DNA of 64,000 bases from an uncultured Puniceicoccaceae bacterium (GTDB lineage Bacteria; Verrucomicrobiota; Verrucomicrobiia; Opitutales; Oceanipulchritudinaceae), in NCBI GenBank assembly GCA_963933835.1, contig CAWVVV010000001.1, positions 288,001 through 352,000 of the forward strand. Direction: 5' to 3'. The translations under genes were made by a program, and so were the position numbers. Below the pieces are notes generated by a model. The model was not told the origin of the DNA, made no database searches, and worked only from the letters and a program-made list of their open reading frames with translations. Of this stretch, positions 60,586 to 64,000 are shown piece by piece (the first letter of the stretch is position 1; each line of letters starts with the position of its first letter).

Positions 60586-61839
60586 TTAGGAAGCTTGGTC
60601 GGTTCGGAAGTCAGCGACCATCTTAACGAGTTGAGTCGAGTCAGTCTCAGTAAATCCAAGGGCTTCGAGGTCTTTCGACTCAACCCCTTCAAAGGTCTCT
60701 GGCGAGGTAAAGCCATTCGAAACGAGGAAGGCCGCAACCTCCTGAGAGATGCCAGCGATCGCCTGCCATTTCGTGATCCCCTCGCGCATCATTTCGTCGA
60801 AACCAACCTCCAAGACTGGCTCCTTGGAGATATCTAGTTTCCAGCCGAGCAACTTGCTCGTGAGGCGGGCATTCTGTCCGCGGCGACCGATTGCGATGGA
60901 GAGATCGTCTTCGCCAACTTCAAAGTAAATGCGGCGAGCTGGTTCATCGACTTTTACGTTACGAGGAACCGCAGGCTTGATTGCTTCGTGGAGAAATTCT
61001 ACGGCATCTTCCCTCCATGGAATGATGTCGATTTTCTCACCACCAAGCTCACGAACGATGCTCTTAACCCGAGCTCCACGAGCACCTACGCAGGCGCCAA
61101 CGGGATCGACTTTCGTATCCGTAGAGCGGACAGCAATCTTCGTCCGGTAACCAGGTTCACGGGCGATCGAATCGAGGACGACAGTGCCATCCGCGATTTC
61201 AACGACTTCGAGTTCAAAGAGGCGGCGGACAAAACGCACACTGGCGCGGGAAAGAATCAATTCTGGGCCGCGATTTGTCGGCTCAATGTTTAAAAGGAGA
61301 CAGCGGATGCGCTCGCCTGGGGCGTAATCTTCACCCTGGACGCGCTCACGCGGTGGGAGAATGGCCTCAGCTTTACCCAGATCGATAACGAGATTACCAC
61401 GCTCACGACGTCGGACGGTGCCCGATACGATGTCGCCGACCTGATCCTTAAAGTCATCATAGATGCGTTCTTTCTCGAACTGACGGAGGCGCTGCATGAT
61501 CGCCTGGCGCGCCGTTTGAGCTGCGATCCGACCAAGAAGATTCGGATCCATTTCCTTCTCAATGAAGAGGCCTGTTTTCGCATCGGGATTGAGTTCCCGA
61601 GCCTTTTCAATGTGGATCTCCGTTTGTGGATCACTCACAGAATCAACCACTTCCATGATTGACCATGCCTTCAAAGCACCCGACTTCGGGTTGACTTCTA
61701 CACGCAGTTCTACACCCGCATTGACGCCCTTGAGGGCGGCTCCACGGATAGCACTGGCGATCGCCCCGATCATATCTTCACGGGGGATGCCCTTCTCTTT
61801 CTCCATGTATTCGAGGACTGAAAGGATCTCTTGGCTCAT
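60586..61839 (-). CDS. nusA: Transcription termination factor NusA
   Basis: [41 protein letters not shown]; start placed at ATG 61839. Confidence 0.97.
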   Translation of the reverse strand: MSQEILSVLEYMEKEKGIPREDMIGAIASAIRGAALKGVNAGVELRVEVNPKSGALKAWSIMEVVDSVSDPQTEIHIEKARELNPDAKTGLFIEKEMDPNLLGRIAAQTARQAIMQRLRQFEKERIYDDFKDQVGDIVSGTVRRRERGNLVIDLGKAEAILPPRERVQGEDYAPGERIRCLLLNIEPTNRGPELILSRASVRFVRRLFELEVVEIADGTVVLDSIAREPGYRTKIAVRSTDTKVDPVGACVGARGARVKSIVRELGGEKIDIIPWREDAVEFLHEAIKPAVPRNVKVDEPARRIYFEVGEDDLSIAIGRRGQNARLTSKLLGWKLDISKEPVLEVGFDEMMREGITKWQAIAGISQEVAAFLVSNGFTSPETFEGVESKDLEALGFTETDSTQLVKMVADFRTDQAS

Positions 61840-61861
61840 ATCTGAAAAAATGCTAACACCT

Positions 61862-61895
61862 AAAAACAAAAAAGAGCGGGCAGACGCCCACTCTC
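61862..61895 (-). promoter_or_regulatory. rimP/nusA-leader-type terminator hairpin directly upstream of nusA
   Basis: Minus strand GAGAGTGGGC-gtct-GCCCGCTCTTTTTTGTTTTT, 22 nt before the nusA start; TTGACA at 61947-52 upstream. Confidence 0.7.
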
Positions 61896-62178
61896 CTCGG
61901 TCCTTTGAGAATGTGAAGGCAAGAAAGAAGAAGAGGAGCGGCTCCTTGTCAAGGGTGCCTTGATTCTCACCCTAAACAAGCCAACACTCGAACGAATCCT
62001 TGCCCTGAGCGAGGTAGGTGATCGCTAGATGACGAACGTTGCTGGGTATATCTTACCCTGAGAGCTCATGAGCGGCTGAAATTCCCGCATTGACCCTACG
62101 TATATATCCGTGCATACACTAGGGACATTCGCCTATATAATCGTTTATGGGCAATGAAGCATCTCCGTCTCTGTCTTT

Positions 62179-63010
62179 ATGAAAACTCTCCACGCGCTCA
62201 CCCTTGCCACTCTATCACTGGCTCTCTCATCTGGGCTTTATGCCCAAGTTAATGCAGTCACCTCTAACTTGGCCATAGAGATTACTTTTTAAGGAGCTTT
62301 TTACCATAGCGGCCCTGATGACGCGAGCAACGACATGGAGCTCTACATCGAAGAGCCTTACGAAGGCACAAGCAGCGGTCCTAGCGGCGCCGACTCAATA
62401 GGAACTCGTTCGTATTCGTTTACGATCAACGGGGCGACCCCAGACTTCGATTTTGATGCTGTCGCCTTAAGCCCTGGAGATACGCTCGAATATGTCATGT
62501 CAGCTTCAGCATCTGCTGGCCCAGGCAGCGCAGATTTCGCGCGGCTCTTTCTTGAAACTAATATTAACGGCGATCTCTACCCCGATTTTGAAAACTACGA
62601 CGAGATCACCCTTGTGTTTGATTACGATTGGTCCTGGAGCTCAACCTTTACTCGGCACCCTTCACCCGATGGCGCAGCCTTCTCGTCCCTCCTCCTCGGC
62701 TACAATGCCGTGGGCGAAGAAGGTGAGCAGTTCACGGACATCAACTACGCGGACATTGGCCTACCTGACGTAGACGACACCTACAATATCGGCATCGGCT
62801 CCCACCTTCACGACGGACTACCTCACGATCTTGATTTCGCAGGAACGGGTCAGATCCAGCTCACATTCACCACCGACGAGAGCTACGTAGATATCTCATT
62901 CTATAATGAGCCTGAGGCCTATGCGGCGATGGATGCTATCCCCGAAAGCCTCTTCAGCATTCTACGCAGTCTGCATCGGGCTTATTCCGCTCCTCCGCCG
63001 TCGGCGATAA
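62179..63010 (+). pseudogene. PEP-CTERM protein with an in-frame TAA (62290-92) and a +1 frameshift in the sorting signal
   Basis: MKTLHALTLATLSLALSSGLYAQ signal peptide is in frame with ORF 62335; removing one A after IPE gives IPEASSAFYAVCIGLIPLLRRRR-stop (63008-10). Confidence 0.82.
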
Positions 63011-63016
63011 GAACAG

Positions 63017-63958
63017 CTAGACTCCAGACCTATTGCGCGGATGAAACTCGGCGTGCGCGCTGAATAGACGCTCGGCATCGACTTTCGTGTATATCTCAGT
63101 CGTAGAGATGTCGGCGTGTCCGAGCATTTCCTGAATCGCGCGGAGGTCAGCCCCACGGCTGAGTAGGTGGGTTGCAAAGCTATGTCGCAAAATATGTGGC
63201 TTCACATGTTCTCGACGGATCCCTGCCCGCTCGGCGTAGACCTTGATCCAATGCCAGACGGTCTTGCGGCTCATTCCGCTGCCCCGGTTGCTCAAAAACA
63301 AAACGCTGCCGGTCTTCGGGCCGACAAAGTCAGGTCGACCGTGGGCCAGATAGCGCTGGACCGCATCAACCGCCGCGCTCCCGACCGGTACGAGCCGATC
63401 CTTATTACGCTTCCCCGCCACGACGCGTAGAAAGCCCTCGTCCAAGTCAATCTCACTCATCTCGAGCACACACAGCTCAGAAACCCGTAGTCCACTACTA
63501 TAAAACAGTTCAAGAATCGCCCGATCCCGCAGGCCTTGTGGCGTGTGCCGACTCGGTGCTTCGATGAGCGCCTCGACTTGCTCCGCCGAGAGTGTGCCAG
63601 GCAAGCTCCGCCGTTGTTTCGGCGCATCGAGCAGCTCGGTAAAATTGTCCTGCCGTACCTTTTCCTCGATCAAGTAGCGGGCCATACCTTTAAGCGCGCT
63701 CAGTTTGCGCGCCTGAGATGCGGGCGATAGCGCTGCCTCCCCCAACGACTGCAACCACGCCGCGGCATCTTCCGTCTGCACCGCCGACCAGCTCGACAGC
63801 TTCCGCTTCTTGGCAAAAAACAACACCGCCTGAGCAATGTCTCGCTCATACCCACTCACGGTATGCCGCGATCGCCCTTTCTCCAACTCGAGAAAGACAA
63901 GCAAGCCATCCAATGGCTCCGCCCAAGCTGGCGGAAGATCTGAGGAATCCAGTCCCAC
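63017..63958 (-). CDS. xerD: Site-specific tyrosine recombinase XerD-like
   Basis: RDRAILELFYSSGLRVSEL, PHILRHSFATHLL, QEMLGHADISTTEIYT (R-H-R-H-Y tetrad). Confidence 0.85.
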   Translation of the reverse strand: MGLDSSDLPPAWAEPLDGLLVFLELEKGRSRHTVSGYERDIAQAVLFFAKKRKLSSWSAVQTEDAAAWLQSLGEAALSPASQARKLSALKGMARYLIEEKVRQDNFTELLDAPKQRRSLPGTLSAEQVEALIEAPSRHTPQGLRDRAILELFYSSGLRVSELCVLEMSEIDLDEGFLRVVAGKRNKDRLVPVGSAAVDAVQRYLAHGRPDFVGPKTGSVLFLSNRGSGMSRKTVWHWIKVYAERAGIRREHVKPHILRHSFATHLLSRGADLRAIQEMLGHADISTTEIYTKVDAERLFSAHAEFHPRNRSGV

Positions 63959-64000
63959 TCACAAAACCTGCCATCAACTGAAGGACACGAAAAGCGCAAA

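Noticed and set aside
61990..62090. Possible small RNA between nusA and the PEP-CTERM pseudogene
   Set aside because: Only short, mutually competing hairpins and no terminator or recognisable family motif.
63017..63958. Prophage or island integrase
   Set aside because: Size and motifs fit housekeeping XerD; no phage genes or att-like duplication seen.

Overview
A 64-kb, roughly mid-GC bacterial chromosomal segment, most consistent with a Verrucomicrobiota member of the Opitutales. The clues are a PVC-type EF-Tu switch-I sequence, PEP-CTERM proteins, lpxI, nusA without rimP and an RpoC lacking the second Zn site. The backbone is intact housekeeping: cysK, infA, leuS, lpxI, hflX, the tRNA-Thr-tuf-tRNA-Trp-secE-nusG-rplKAJL-rpoBC cluster, a TPR-ExbB-ExbD-TonB-like operon, pilC, tRNA-Gly, rsmE, sucAB-lpdA, rpsO, pnp, nusA-infB-rbfA-nrnA-truB-ribF and xerD. 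Many of the accessory genes between these blocks are broken. There are about five deletion-type junctions that splice unrelated gene halves together: DASS permease/histidine kinase, pntA/GH149, the GH16 3' end, a vanadium haloperoxidase-like gene/DUF748-like fragment, and a headless PEP-CTERM gene. There are also separate nonsense and frameshift lesions. This points to ongoing genome erosion, although misassembly is possible. Other notable items: (1) a GxxExxY gene boxed by inverted repeats; (2) a heptamer-repeat inverted shell around what looks like the collapsed remnant of a four-helix-bundle gene; (3) a REP doublet; (4) a secreted, apparently circularly permuted SpoIVB/S55 protease paired with a beta-propeller protein; (5) a stand-alone RfaH-like NusG paralog; (6) candidate structured leaders upstream of rplL, rpsO, pnp and nusA. 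All family calls come from recognising motifs by eye; no database search was run.
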